A DNA stretch of 64,000 nt from Candidatus Binatia bacterium (GTDB taxonomy: Bacteria; Desulfobacterota; Binatia; HRBIN30). The position numbers and the translations under genes are program-made. The stretch covers positions 26,181 to 90,180 of the forward strand of contig JBBRSP010000021.1 of assembly GCA_038245295.1 (NCBI GenBank), in the 5' to 3' direction. Shown here one piece after another: positions 1-11,041 of the stretch. How positions within the stretch are numbered: position 1 is the first letter of the stretch; each line of letters opens with the position of its first letter. The notes beneath the pieces were generated by a model. The model was not told where the DNA came from. It ran no database searches and saw nothing but the letters and a program-made list of their open reading frames with translations.

Positions 1-2
1 CG

Positions 3-2777
3 GAGAAGCGTTACCTGGCCGAATATCGCCGACACGACCTGTGGCTGGCCCTCGTCGCGACATTTCGACTCTTCGAAGCCGACGGCCCAGGCGACAGACT
101 TGGGCTGGCTCCCCTCGCCGGCGATCTATTCGGACACGCAGCCCTCGGGCGGCTTGTTGACTGTAACCTCGGCAACGATGTTCTTCTCGGCTGCCTGCGT
201 GCGCTGAGCCTCTACGAGCATCCGGAAAACGGCCAGGTGATCCGAGTGAACTACGCGGCGTTGAACGTCGAGGAGTTCGGTTCGGTCTACGAAGGCTTGC
301 TCAAGTACCAGCCAGCATTTCAGACCGAAGGCGGCAGTTGGGCGCTGGTTTTGGCTCCTGGCGCAGATGACACACAGAGCCACTACACCGACGACGACCT
401 GGTTCAGCCTCTCATCAAGCATTCGCTCGACTACCTCATCGCCGACCGGTTGAAGGCTCAACACCCTGAGGCGGCCCTGTTGGATCTACGCGTCGCCGAT
501 ATCGCGTGTGGCTCGGGCCACATACTCCTGGCTGCGGCGCGCCGCATCGCCACCGAGCTGGCTGTGGTGCGTACAGGCGAAGAACAGCCCTCCCCCTCGG
601 CATACCGCACGGCACTGCGCGACGTGATTCGCACCTGTATCTATGGCGTCGACCTCAATCCGCTGGCCGTCGAGCTGTGCAAGGTTGCCCTCTGGCTGGA
701 AGCTCACAACCCGGGGCAGCCACTCAACTTCCTCGACCACCATATCAAGTGCGGCAACGCCATCGTCGGCTTCGTTCGCCGCGAAGATGTGGATCGTGGC
801 GTACCCGACGAAGCGTTCGCCACGATGCCCGGCGACGACAAAGAAGTTGCGGCACGCTGGCGCAAGAAGAACAAAAAGGATCGCAAGGATCACGAGACCA
901 AGCAGTTGCCCTTGGCGGCAACCATCCAACGGCAGCTCGATGGCATCCTTACGCAATGGAACTCGCTCTCTGTTCTGCCGGAACGAACGCCGGCCGAGAT
1001 TGAGGACAAGAAGGAACGCTTCGTCGCCTTTTCCGAAAGCCGCGACGCTTGGCTCCTCAACCAAATTGCCGACATCCCGATCGCACAGTTCTACATCCCG
1101 AAGACACCAGAGAACGAGCGCAAGCTCATCGGCGATGAGCAGTTCCGCCGCTACTGGACCGCTGGCCAGACGCCCCAAGGGGAGGCCACCGCCATGGCGT
1201 GGGCGACCGCGCACGAGAAGCGGTTCTTCCACTGGTTCCTTGAGTTCCCCGACATTGTCGCGCGCGGCGGGTTCGACTGCATCCTGGGAAATCCTCCGTA
1301 CCTCGGAGGGCAAGGACTCAGCGGTACGTATGGCTACCGGTTCTGTGGTTACGTGAGGTCGGAATATGCGCCATCTGGCCTAAGCGATCTCGTCGTCTAC
1401 TTCGTACGGCGCATCTTCGGATTGCTCAAGCACGGCGGGTTCACCGCCTTCATCACTACGAACTCGATCAAGGATGGCACCATACGTGAAGACGGCCTCG
1501 AACAAGTCGTCGCGCAGGGTGGCGAGGTTAACATGGCCGTACGGGCGATTAGGTGGCCGGGGCGCGCTAATCTAGTTGTGTCGTTGCTTTCCATTCACAA
1601 GGGGCACTTCATCGGTCGTAGGTTTCTAGACGGCTGCGAGGTAGCTGCCATCAGTGCATTCCTAGAAGATTCTCAAGACGAGATTGCGCCGACTGCCATC
1701 AGTGAAAACGCGCGAAAGATGTACCAGGGCTCGATTTTTCGAGGTGACGGATTTCTGCTGTCGCACGATCAGGCGGACGCCTTGGTCGGCGAAGATCATC
1801 GCAACGTGGAGGTGATCCGCCGCGTCATGAATGGATCTGAACTCAATGGCGTACCTGATCAAAGCCCGCAGAGGAGTACGATAGACTTCTTCGATATGTC
1901 GGAGGCTCGAGCGCGCGAATACACTGCGCCCTTTGAACGAGTGGAACGATTGGTGAAGCCGGTTCGCATGAACCTCGATCCTTCGACGGCGATAAATCGG
2001 GATCACCGAGAGCGCTGGTGGCAATACGCGTTCGTGCGCGAGAGCCTCTATAGGGCTATTCGCTCGCTCCCCCGTTGCTTCGTCGCGGCACGAGTGACGA
2101 AGTATCTCAACTTTTCTGCCGCATCGACCATGCATATGTACCTCGATACGATATACGTGTTCACAACGGATCGCTGGGATCTGTACTCAGTCGTGCAGTC
2201 GACGCTGCACGAGGTCTGGGCGCGCAAGTACAGCGGAGCATTGAAGCAAGATCTACGCTACTCGCCGTCGAAGTGCTTCGATACCTTTACCTTCCCTGAA
2301 GGCCTTTGGAAGACGCCAAACCCTGCGCTCGCGGAGATTGGCGAGCGTTACCATGAGCACCGCACTTACCTGATGTTGTTGCTCTGGCTCGGTCTCACCG
2401 ACATCTACAACCTTCTTCACGCCCGCGACGTTTCGCCCGCGAAAGTCGCCAAAGTGAGCAAGAAGACAGACGCTGAAGCCGAGCGCGGGTACCAAGGGCT
2501 CCTCGAATTGCGCGGTCTGCACCGCGAACTCGACCTCGCTGTCCGCGATGCGTACGGCTGGCAGAGCCTAGATCTTCGCCACGACTTCCACGAGGTCGAC
2601 ATCCTCCCTGAGAACGACCGGGTCCGTTATACGATCAGCCCTTCCGCACGAAGGGATGTCCTTTCCCGCCTGCTGGCTCTGAACCGAGAGCGCTCAGTAG
2701 GTAAGGACCTCATACGACCCAAGGGAAAGACGCCGGGGAATGTTCATAAAAACAATCAGGGTGACTTGTTCCTGTGA
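3..2777 (+). CDS. Type IIG/Eco57I-like N6-adenine DNA methyltransferase with target-recognition region, 5'-partial
   Basis: Frame open from the window edge; motif I DIACGSGHIL, IYGVDLNPLAVELCKVALW, motif IV GFDCILGNPPY; C-terminal LRYSPSKCFDTF and LDLAVRDAYGW as in IIG/MmeI/DrmMI-like enzymes. Confidence 0.85.
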   Translation, partial: EKRYLAEYRRHDLWLALVATFRLFEADGPGDRLGLAPLAGDLFGHAALGRLVDCNLGNDVLLGCLRALSLYEHPENGQVIRVNYAALNVEEFGSVYEGLLKYQPAFQTEGGSWALVLAPGADDTQSHYTDDDLVQPLIKHSLDYLIADRLKAQHPEAALLDLRVADIACGSGHILLAAARRIATELAVVRTGEEQPSPSAYRTALRDVIRTCIYGVDLNPLAVELCKVALWLEAHNPGQPLNFLDHHIKCGNAIVGFVRREDVDRGVPDEAFATMPGDDKEVAARWRKKNKKDRKDHETKQLPLAATIQRQLDGILTQWNSLSVLPERTPAEIEDKKERFVAFSESRDAWLLNQIADIPIAQFYIPKTPENERKLIGDEQFRRYWTAGQTPQGEATAMAWATAHEKRFFHWFLEFPDIVARGGFDCILGNPPYLGGQGLSGTYGYRFCGYVRSEYAPSGLSDLVVYFVRRIFGLLKHGGFTAFITTNSIKDGTIREDGLEQVVAQGGEVNMAVRAIRWPGRANLVVSLLSIHKGHFIGRRFLDGCEVAAISAFLEDSQDEIAPTAISENARKMYQGSIFRGDGFLLSHDQADALVGEDHRNVEVIRRVMNGSELNGVPDQSPQRSTIDFFDMSEARAREYTAPFERVERLVKPVRMNLDPSTAINRDHRERWWQYAFVRESLYRAIRSLPRCFVAARVTKYLNFSAASTMHMYLDTIYVFTTDRWDLYSVVQSTLHEVWARKYSGALKQDLRYSPSKCFDTFTFPEGLWKTPNPALAEIGERYHEHRTYLMLLLWLGLTDIYNLLHARDVSPAKVAKVSKKTDAEAERGYQGLLELRGLHRELDLAVRDAYGWQSLDLRHDFHEVDILPENDRVRYTISPSARRDVLSRLLALNRERSVGKDLIRPKGKTPGNVHKNNQGDLFL

Positions 2778-2869
2778 CATTCTTGCATGACTGAACTTGC
2801 TTATCCCTCCGCCTTCCGAGACTGTGCAGGACCTGGATCCAAGAGGGCATTAGAAATCACGAGGATCTT

Positions 2870-3964
2870 ATGACCAAGCTGTCGTATACGGTGCAGCGCC
2901 CCGATCAGGGCAATGCAATTCTGCGCGCATACCGCGATCTCATTGCTTCAACAGAGTTCAGTCGGGTGACAGGTCTCTATGCATTTGCATCGCACAAAGG
3001 AGCGCGCCTTCTGGTAGGTGAGTTTCAGAATTCATCGAGTTGGAAAGCGTCCGTAAAGCGGTGGGTGGTATCTATTGATGGGGGTATAACGGAACCCGAG
3101 GCGCTTCGATTCCTAGTACGCCTTCGCAAGGCGACCGTGTGGGTACCCGATGCCGAAGCCCTCCTCGTTAGAAGACTGAAACCTGTGCGTCGCTTCCATC
3201 CGAAGACCCTGTTACTCGAGCGGCACAACCGGGCCCTAGAACCATCTGCGATTCTTGTCGGCTCGGCCAATCTCACATGCAATGGCTTGTGCTTTGGGCA
3301 CGAGCACGCCTTGGCAGCGATGACGGCCGGCGGGACTTCACCTTCGCTCCCGGGGACCTTGGCGGCTGGGCTCGTTGAACTCGAGAAGGTAATCGCGGCG
3401 GCGACACAAATCGATGAGACCTTCGTCGATCGATATGCACAGATCCGGCCCGCCAAGCCTTCGCTTCCCGAGGATTTTGAGGATGAGCGTACTGATCAGA
3501 TCCTTCAGGAGAATCCTGTTATCGGGGCGCCCATGGCTGCTGCTTTAGCAGCGGCCTCACATCTTTGGGTAGACATTCAATACGTCGTCAGTAACCGGGG
3601 AGCTCAACAAGAAGGTAATCAAATTGATTTGCAGCGGGGCACCCGAGTATTCTTCGGATTTGGAGACAAAGGCTTGCCACGCAATTCCGCCATCGGAACT
3701 GTGATGATCCGATACCACGAGCACTCCGGCCCAAGGAACTTGCGCTTCGGCAACAACTCGATGGACAAGCTCGACCTCCCGATACCCGCGATCGAAGGCC
3801 CACCTTCATATAGCAACACGACGCTTCTCTTTTCCCGCGAACCGAACAGAGTGTTTCGGCTCGCGGTTGGGAAAGAGCAAGAGATTGCAAGGTGGAAGGA
3901 ACAATCCAGGGTCGATGGAACTCTGTTCCGCATGCAGAGCGGCCGGGAATTCGGTGTCTTCTGA
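2870..3964 (+). CDS. PLD-fold (single HxK) nuclease with putative C-terminal DNA-binding region
   Basis: FHPKTLLLE followed by LVGSANLT...HEH, as in Nuc/BfiI-type PLD nucleases; GAGGA RBS upstream; directly follows the methyltransferase. Confidence 0.7.
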   Translation: MTKLSYTVQRPDQGNAILRAYRDLIASTEFSRVTGLYAFASHKGARLLVGEFQNSSSWKASVKRWVVSIDGGITEPEALRFLVRLRKATVWVPDAEALLVRRLKPVRRFHPKTLLLERHNRALEPSAILVGSANLTCNGLCFGHEHALAAMTAGGTSPSLPGTLAAGLVELEKVIAAATQIDETFVDRYAQIRPAKPSLPEDFEDERTDQILQENPVIGAPMAAALAAASHLWVDIQYVVSNRGAQQEGNQIDLQRGTRVFFGFGDKGLPRNSAIGTVMIRYHEHSGPRNLRFGNNSMDKLDLPIPAIEGPPSYSNTTLLFSREPNRVFRLAVGKEQEIARWKEQSRVDGTLFRMQSGREFGVF

Positions 3965-4064
3965 ACGGCGCGGTGGGCGCGGCTCCAGTGGATGGCTCTG
4001 TTGGCTTGCCGCCACCGCAAGTCCGTCAATCTGGCCAAAACAGGCGACCGAGACGCGTGAGGGA

Positions 4065-6266
4065 TCACACCGAGATCGAGCCGGAAGTTTGCGCCCAGGG
4101 CAGGATTTCCTTGCGAAGGTCCGCCAGATCGACCTCACCAAACATGTTGTATTCGATCAGCGCGGTGCTGATATCGTCGCTCGAAGGCGCCTCCAGACCG
4201 AGCTGTTCCATCGCCCCCTTTAACGTCGAAGTGATGTGAGGAAGGCATTCGCCGGGACGCATTGGGTTCGCCAACCCACGTAATCGCTCACCCTGAACGA
4301 AGCGAACCCTTTGGGCAATGAGGAGAGCAGCCCGAAGGTGACCGATGAAGTTGAGCTCGGCGCAGACCTTCTGGAGATAGGCAGAGTCCCCAAGGTTGGT
4401 GGCGACAGACGTCAAGTATCCTTCACTCTCTTCGTCTTCGTCATCACCGTTGCTTGCCACTTCGAGAAGACGGCAAAGATACCCGACAACCATCTCGCGC
4501 GGAATAACCCCGCGGACGTGGTAGACGTAGAGCAGTCGCACGAGCGCTGTAAAGATGTCGATAAAGTTCTCCATCCCGTTGATGTTGCCGTTCTTGGCGT
4601 GTCGTCGAAGTCGTCGCCTTAGGTGTCGGTCTACGAATTCATCGATCGCCAACTCCAGATCGGCACTGTCAGCCGGTGCTTGCAGGAGCCAATCGGGGGC
4701 TTCGTCGGGGTGAAAAGGATCACGGGGACGAACACGGAACTTCCGCTGGCCTTGATTTCCCCCAGCGCCATCATTGAATCGGATGTTCAGGTTCTGCAGG
4801 TATTCGACGACAGCGGCGACGCCGTCTCGCCGGCCGAGCTCATCCAGAAACTCCGGCAATCCTTCACCTGTGTCTTCCACAGGCGACTTAACCGCTGAGC
4901 CCTCGCCGCTCGGCTCATACGTTAGACGTGCTTCTTGAATCACCCATAGTGGAGGACTTTCCTCGCGACCGCCTCCCGTGTCGGCAATCAGCGAGGCGAG
5001 GAGTGCCCCATGCGCCTCCGTCAGCGTTGATTCCGGGGGCGTCAGGGTGGCGGTTCCGTTCTCTCGATTGGGGACGTTGAAGAGAGCACGAGGCCGTTGC
5101 TCTCCAGGCGTGCGGACCGCGACGCGCAACGCGGTCGGCGTGGGGTTGAGGGTGTGGCGATAGGCCACTCGAAGGTGACCATCTGTAGTGAGGAGCGCGG
5201 ACGTCAGGCGAAGACTCGTCGAGTCCGCGTCGTCGATTGTTGGCTCTTGCTCGGTCCCCGGGGTGAAATCCTCGAAGCCGATGGGACGCTTCGCCAGGTG
5301 CTTGTCAAAGAGGGTTGGCAAAAGGTCGCCGGGCTCGGTGAGCAAGAGGCATGCTTCGACGTTCCGGCTATCAAATGCCGCGGTGGTGAAGTTGGCGCTT
5401 CCGACCAAGCACCCGGCTCCAGTGCTGGATTCCCATGCTACGAGTTTGGCGTGAAGACGACGGGAGGAGTTACGAAGCTCGGACAAAGTAACTTTGCTGC
5501 GTAGTTTCTTCATCGGTGCGACCGGCAGAGTCGTCGTCTGCTGCTGCACGACGAGCTCGATCTCACACTTTGGCCACCGGCTATGAGCTCGTCGCAGCAA
5601 GCCCGCGTCGAGGTCGTAGAACGGTGAAATGATCAACAACTTCCGAAGGGGAATTTCATCGAGGATGGCAGCCAAACGCTCCCACAGGCTTCCCTCGTAA
5701 GTGTGGGCCAGCATGACCTTGCGGTCCGCGCTTGGCGGCATAGACGCAGTGAGCCAGGGCGCATGTGTAGGCAACTCCTCAAGCCACTCGCGGGCGATAC
5801 GACCGGCATGTTCCTCGGCGTCGTCGCAGGTCTGCTTGAAGAATCCAAATGCTTCCTGGGCGAGCCAGACCGGTTCATCATCAGGGTCATCAAGATTGAT
5901 GTGAATAGCGTTCAGCAGCTCGAGATTACTCGAGCATCCTGACCGAGTCAGGTTGTTGCTTCCGCATTGGACTTGCCCTCCTTGTTGCGTGATCAGAAGG
6001 TGGAGCTTCGGGTGAAACACGCCGTGCGGCGGGCGAACGGGAACGACCAGATATCGCCGGTTCAAAAGTTTCGCCGGGGCATCCTGGCTGAGTAGCTTGA
6101 ACCACTGGGTGGCATCCATGAAGACCAAGACACGGCGAGCCTTGACCAGTGATGGACAGCGGAGAATGCGGCGCTCGAAGAAGTCGGGGTCGAATTGAAA
6201 CGTGGAGAGAATAGCGAGGCTGGCCGGCTCTCCTTCGAAGAGTGTTGTGAAGTCAAGAAACTTCAT
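4065..6266 (-). CDS. PLD-family protein with two HxK motifs and a long C-terminal region
   Basis: FHPKLHLL...GSNNLTRSG...NLE and LHAKLVAW...LVGSANFT...RNVEA; start MKFLDF overlaps the upstream gene stop (ATGA, 6263-6266). Confidence 0.75.
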   Translation of the reverse strand: MKFLDFTTLFEGEPASLAILSTFQFDPDFFERRILRCPSLVKARRVLVFMDATQWFKLLSQDAPAKLLNRRYLVVPVRPPHGVFHPKLHLLITQQGGQVQCGSNNLTRSGCSSNLELLNAIHINLDDPDDEPVWLAQEAFGFFKQTCDDAEEHAGRIAREWLEELPTHAPWLTASMPPSADRKVMLAHTYEGSLWERLAAILDEIPLRKLLIISPFYDLDAGLLRRAHSRWPKCEIELVVQQQTTTLPVAPMKKLRSKVTLSELRNSSRRLHAKLVAWESSTGAGCLVGSANFTTAAFDSRNVEACLLLTEPGDLLPTLFDKHLAKRPIGFEDFTPGTEQEPTIDDADSTSLRLTSALLTTDGHLRVAYRHTLNPTPTALRVAVRTPGEQRPRALFNVPNRENGTATLTPPESTLTEAHGALLASLIADTGGGREESPPLWVIQEARLTYEPSGEGSAVKSPVEDTGEGLPEFLDELGRRDGVAAVVEYLQNLNIRFNDGAGGNQGQRKFRVRPRDPFHPDEAPDWLLQAPADSADLELAIDEFVDRHLRRRLRRHAKNGNINGMENFIDIFTALVRLLYVYHVRGVIPREMVVGYLCRLLEVASNGDDEDEESEGYLTSVATNLGDSAYLQKVCAELNFIGHLRAALLIAQRVRFVQGERLRGLANPMRPGECLPHITSTLKGAMEQLGLEAPSSDDISTALIEYNMFGEVDLADLRKEILPWAQTSGSISV

Positions 6267-8017
6267 CCCCCAGTTTCTCTCGCCAGTTCTCGCTCCAGAA
6301 AACGTTGCCCCTCTTTTGTTAGTTGCCTGCTGCCGTCTTCGCAACTTTCCAGCAAGCCCAAGTCAACGAGAACCTGGATCGCACTGTTAAGGCGTAGGTT
6401 ACCCATGCCAATCTTGCCGTATTCGCCGGTCGAGAAGACTTTCGACCCATCCGTCTGAAGAATACAACGGTCGCCGGCGAAACTCTTTTCGTAGGACATC
6501 GACTGATGCTGCTGGACGACGTACCGCGACAGGACAAACGCGGCTAGGTCTTGCCAATTGCATTTCCACCAATTGCCGAATCGCCGTGAAAGGCCCATCG
6601 TCAAGACAGGCGGAATGAGATCGAGATACGAGTCCGTCGCGCTGCCAGCGAGCCATTGGCCATATTTCGTTGTCTCCCATCGCGAGTATCGCGCCAGGGT
6701 GCCTGCCAGAAGGATCAATGGTAGAGCCAATCCGAGCGGTGAATATCGGTGCGTTTTGCTGCGAATTGCGCCTTCGAGATTCCGCTCAGAAAAAGGGCTC
6801 GAAGGTCGCACCTTGTCATCAAACAACTTACCCAGTCCGTCACCGAGATCATTCCTCACGATACCGACGCACTCGAATAGGACTGATGGACTTGTGCCCC
6901 CAAAAGGCCTTTTGACCTCTGACTGCAGGATCTCAGACAACCCCGTGGAGACCAGCGATTCGTCAAGGCAGCGAATCAGCAAGTCGACTGTAGTTCCGGC
7001 AAGTCCGTAGGTGCCAAGCTGGTTGACCAGCCAAGACAGCAGACCCTCCAATGCCACGGCCATGTAATGATGAAAGTAGAACATGCGCCATCGTGTGGCG
7101 ATATCGACCAGTTCCAGGGGCAGGGCCACCGTCAGGTTCTTCTCTTCACCGACCAGTGCGCCGTAGTACACGGCGTTAGCAAAGTTCGATTCATCGAGGG
7201 GCCAGTCATCCGCGCTGAACTGGCCACAGAGCTCCAGGATCAAGAGGAGCGATCTCCGGCGAATCGCGTGAGATTCGCGATCTGGGCCAGCAAGCCCGAA
7301 GAAAACGCCCCGGAGGAGTTCGCGGTCGACCGACTCGCGCGCCGTCAACTCGCACAGGCCACCCCGCTTGCCCAGCTCGCCAAGGCTCGCCAGCGTGCAC
7401 GTGCGATCTGTCGATGTAAGCTGCCTTGTTGCAGCCAACTTGCCGACCATCGAGTCGTATCGCGTTGCCAAGGCGAGACCGACGCTCGAGAGTTCGAGAT
7501 CGTCAAAGCTCAACTCCAGGCCCTCAGCGTTCTCGTCGGTATCGGGTCGTTCCTCATCCGTGACAAAAGCGCCCAGATTCACAAGGGAGTTGTAGTAGGC
7601 GGAAAGGGCTGGATTCTTCGCAAATGGTTTGAGCTTCCTGAAATTGGCTCCCGCACTGTGCTTGGCAAGCCAGTGCCCTGCCTGTCTTGATCCAACTAGG
7701 CCTCCCCCGTCGCAGGGCCGGCCCTTGTGGTGAACGACGCATCCGAGGGTCAGCGCCTGCTCGCGTAGGATGACCGCATCTCGGAGCCCCAAGGCATGAG
7801 GTTGGCCTTTCTCTCGCTGTTGAAAGTTGTGGATACTCCAGGGAATGAAGGAGAAATATCGCGCTCTCGGCGTAATGGACGTGATGCAGTACAACAACTG
7901 ACTGGCCAGTCGTGCTGAGCCTCGCAAACTGAGACCTAGCGGGTCCTGAACATCGGACGTGGGAACATGTTCGCTCCATCGAAGGAGGATTGGAGAAGTC
8001 TTAGCCGGCTTGGCCAT
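6263..8017 (-). CDS. DUF6361-like hypothetical protein, coupled to the PLD gene
   Basis: N-terminal QDPLGL...ITSITPRARYFSF motif of the kind seen in PLD-partner defence-island proteins; C-terminal LVDLGLL...LTKEG winged-helix-like end. Confidence 0.55.
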   Translation of the reverse strand: MAKPAKTSPILLRWSEHVPTSDVQDPLGLSLRGSARLASQLLYCITSITPRARYFSFIPWSIHNFQQREKGQPHALGLRDAVILREQALTLGCVVHHKGRPCDGGGLVGSRQAGHWLAKHSAGANFRKLKPFAKNPALSAYYNSLVNLGAFVTDEERPDTDENAEGLELSFDDLELSSVGLALATRYDSMVGKLAATRQLTSTDRTCTLASLGELGKRGGLCELTARESVDRELLRGVFFGLAGPDRESHAIRRRSLLLILELCGQFSADDWPLDESNFANAVYYGALVGEEKNLTVALPLELVDIATRWRMFYFHHYMAVALEGLLSWLVNQLGTYGLAGTTVDLLIRCLDESLVSTGLSEILQSEVKRPFGGTSPSVLFECVGIVRNDLGDGLGKLFDDKVRPSSPFSERNLEGAIRSKTHRYSPLGLALPLILLAGTLARYSRWETTKYGQWLAGSATDSYLDLIPPVLTMGLSRRFGNWWKCNWQDLAAFVLSRYVVQQHQSMSYEKSFAGDRCILQTDGSKVFSTGEYGKIGMGNLRLNSAIQVLVDLGLLESCEDGSRQLTKEGQRFLERELARETGG

Positions 8018-8250
8018 GAACCTTTTGCCCCCTTCGCCCACTGAGGTCTGTATCCGAGACGGTTCGGCAAATCCATTCGGCCAATGCCAATTCCCGCCTT
8101 AACGTCGGCGATTCGGATCTCATCCGCACCCTGCACCCGGACTCTGCGTGATTGGGCTGACGGATGTGGCGAGCGATGCCATGTCCCCCGTCAAGGCGTT
8201 TCGGTGGTCTTGGCTTACTCCGCCGGCCATGCTCAGTCACCGAGACACCG

Positions 8251-9031
8251 ATGAAGAAGATCACATTGTTTAACTGGGGGTATTGGGGTTGGGGCAATTG
8301 CGCCGGAGAGTTTGTCAAAGCGGCGGATGCGAGTGAGCGCCGGCTCGGGTTCAAGCCGCCGTTCTTTGTCGACATTCGGTTCTCGCGGAGTGTGCGCGCC
8401 CACGACTTCAACGGGAACACATTCGCTGATTTGGTCGGCGCCTCACGGTATCAGCACATGCGTGATCTGGGTAACGCGGCGATCGGCCAGAGATCGGGCC
8501 CGGCCATTCGCATCAAGAATCCCGCGGCCGCCGCCGGCCTCCTAGATCTCGCCCTCGACAAAGCCAAAGAAGGACGGCGGGTGCTGTTCTTCTGTGCCTG
8601 CGAATGCCCGGCGCACTGCCATCGCTCCAAGGTTGCGGCGCTGGTGCTTGCCGAGGCTGCGCGGTCGCGTGCGAATCGAGATCATCGAATGGCCCGGAAG
8701 CGACCTGAGCGTCGTCGACCTCACCGTCGATCCCGGAACCCTCAGACGGATCGTGGGACCGAAGCCTGCCGACTTCGGGCTGTACCCCCTGATTCGTGGC
8801 GAAACCAGCGATGCAGTTCGAAGGTACGCCGATCTCGGCTGGGGTTCGGTTGCGCGCCTGCGGTCCGGGACCGACGAGCGCCTGGCAATTGTTGGCGCTG
8901 CCAAGTACGGGGCGCTCGGTTGGCGCCTGCCGGTTCTTGAGGGGTTGGCACCGAGTAGCAACGTGACCAAGGCAAAGGCAAAAGGCACGAGCCTCAGGGC
9001 GAAGCGTGGCTACTCGGTGCGCCGGTCGTGA
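8251..9031 (+). pseudogene. DUF488-like protein with a frameshift near 8655-8670
   Basis: MKKITLFNWGY...VDIRFSRS...YQHMRDLGN...CACECPAHCHR in one frame; natural-looking continuation RIEIIEWPG...GWRLPV* in another frame ending at 9031. Confidence 0.55.
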
Positions 9032-9036
9032 AGAGT

Positions 9037-10842
9037 TCATCCCCGATGCCGTCGCAGAAATTGGGCGACGGTATGCTTGGTCCACGCTCGGCTCTTCGAG
9101 GTGGGGATGCACATCTCGTTGACTCGTGTTGAGATCTCCGCTGCTCCCAGCCCCTCGGACGCGAGCTTGAGAATTACGCCGTGCGCGTGTCGGTTCAGCA
9201 TGGCCTCGACGGGGGTGTCGGGTGCGCCATCGGCCCAGACGATCCGCAAGCAGACCTTCTCGAGGGTGCGGTCCTCGACGATGACCTGCGCGATGAGCGT
9301 GCGCAGGATCTCTTTGCGATCGCGATTGGCGGTGGTCGACGCGGTCCAAAGGGCCCGGAGATCTTGGCTCAACCGCAACAGTTCAGCGAAGGACTCCTCG
9401 TTGAATTGTGTGATGGGTGATTCGCGTTCCGTCGTGCCGTCCTCTGCCGCGCGCAGTTCGCGCAGTGCGGCGTCGAGTTGGGTTTCGATGTCGCTGGCGA
9501 CGAATCGATTGGCCGCGTCGACGGCTTCGAATCGGTACCTGAGATCGGCGACGCGCTGCCGTACGCGGTTGACCTCCAGTTCGCGACGACGTTCCTCCGA
9601 GCGCTGCCCAGCGCGCATCTGACGCCAAGCCTGGCGGACTGCTTCGAGTCGTGGGGGCGACAGACGACGCAGTGCCGCTTCGACAACGGCGGCGTCGACC
9701 GGCCCTCCCGGGATGCGGCCGCACTGGGGGCCGCCGTGATCGTACGTGCCTTGGCAGTAGTAACCGTGCGACCTGCCGCCGTCCTGGCGCTCACCTTTGT
9801 ACACGGTGCACATCCCCCGAAAACTATGCTGCCGGCAGCGCGGAAGCCCCTGCAGTAGGCCGCTTCCCGGTCCGAGGTTGCGATGCTGCTCAGACGGCCC
9901 GTTACGCTTGAGCGTGGCGATGATCTCGTCGTGCTGCTCGGCGCTAATGTACGCATCGTGGTGCTTCGCCACGACGATCATCTCGTCGGGTCGCGATCGC
10001 CGTGACCGCCAACGCCCACGTCGATCGCGCCCGCGTGACGGATCGGCAACGGTTCGGCCGAAAACATACGAACCCATATAGGCTGGATTCTTAAGCAAGT
10101 AAGCGAGTGTCGAATTCTGCGGTGCGACCCAGTCGATACGGCCGGTAATCCTGCGCCGCGGCAGCTTGATGCCCAGTCGATTGAGTGCGCGCACGGTGCG
10201 AACCAGCGTGCGCTCTTTCAGGAAGATTCGGATGATCGCATCTATTGCCGCACGGACTGTGGGGTCCGGATCCAGCTGCCAGTCCCCCTCGTTGTCACGC
10301 ACATAACCTGTCGGCGGCGACGACACGGCCTTGCCAGCTTTCGCTTTCGCAATTCGGCCTCGCACCAGCATGTCGCGGCGCGTCTGGTTGTCAAGCTCCG
10401 CGCACAGGCCTTGGAGCCGGGTCTGGAACAGCGGTCCGCTCTCGTTCAGGTTGTAAACCGCGCCGTTGACGATGAGGCGCACGTTGTGCACTCGGCAAAG
10501 TTCAAGAAAAATGAACCATTCGATGGCTTCCCGACCGGCGCGGCTGACGTCGGAGACAAGGATCGCCCCAACCCTGTCGGCTCGAACGTCCTCCACCATT
10601 TCCTGATAGCCCGAGCGATGGACGGCTGACGCGCCGCTTCGCCCCTGGTCGCCGTCGATTACCTTAATCTGACTTTCTGCCCAACCGTACCGCAGTGCGT
10701 GCTCCTGCTGCCCCCGCTGGTGTGCCGTGCTGCCCTGGTTGTCGAGCACCTGTCGTTGCGTGCTCTGACGCATGTAGTTGATCGCTATCTTTGCCAGATG
10801 CTCCGCCTTGATCTCCATTGGTCGCTCGATCTTCATGATCAT
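9037..10842 (-). CDS. Large serine recombinase (resolvase + recombinase + Zn-ribbon + coiled coil)
   Basis: YMRQST catalytic Ser, DGDQGRSG, VSDVSRAGR, PPTGYVR, LKNPAYMG, LLQGLPRC...YYC...C. Confidence 0.92.
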   Translation of the reverse strand: MIMKIERPMEIKAEHLAKIAINYMRQSTQRQVLDNQGSTAHQRGQQEHALRYGWAESQIKVIDGDQGRSGASAVHRSGYQEMVEDVRADRVGAILVSDVSRAGREAIEWFIFLELCRVHNVRLIVNGAVYNLNESGPLFQTRLQGLCAELDNQTRRDMLVRGRIAKAKAGKAVSSPPTGYVRDNEGDWQLDPDPTVRAAIDAIIRIFLKERTLVRTVRALNRLGIKLPRRRITGRIDWVAPQNSTLAYLLKNPAYMGSYVFGRTVADPSRGRDRRGRWRSRRSRPDEMIVVAKHHDAYISAEQHDEIIATLKRNGPSEQHRNLGPGSGLLQGLPRCRQHSFRGMCTVYKGERQDGGRSHGYYCQGTYDHGGPQCGRIPGGPVDAAVVEAALRRLSPPRLEAVRQAWRQMRAGQRSEERRRELEVNRVRQRVADLRYRFEAVDAANRFVASDIETQLDAALRELRAAEDGTTERESPITQFNEESFAELLRLSQDLRALWTASTTANRDRKEILRTLIAQVIVEDRTLEKVCLRIVWADGAPDTPVEAMLNRHAHGVILKLASEGLGAAEISTRVNEMCIPTSKSRAWTKHTVAQFLRRHRG

Positions 10843-11041
10843 CTCCTCGTTCGTCTGTGCTCTCCGCCACCCGTTGGCGTCCGTGGAGTACCGCCCGTAC
10901 CGCCAGGGTGAGCAGCAATGGCTCGACTACTGGTGGTGCGGCGTCCTTGAGATGTGATGCCGGCGTCGTGGTCATCATGGGCATCTTGTACAACGTATCG
11001 TAGTACGATGGTCAGGATGCGCCCAATGATCCTGAACGAAA

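Noticed and set aside
3..3964. Complete BREX or DISARM system
   Set aside because: No PglZ, BrxC, DrmA helicase or DUF1998 in view; upstream context is missing.
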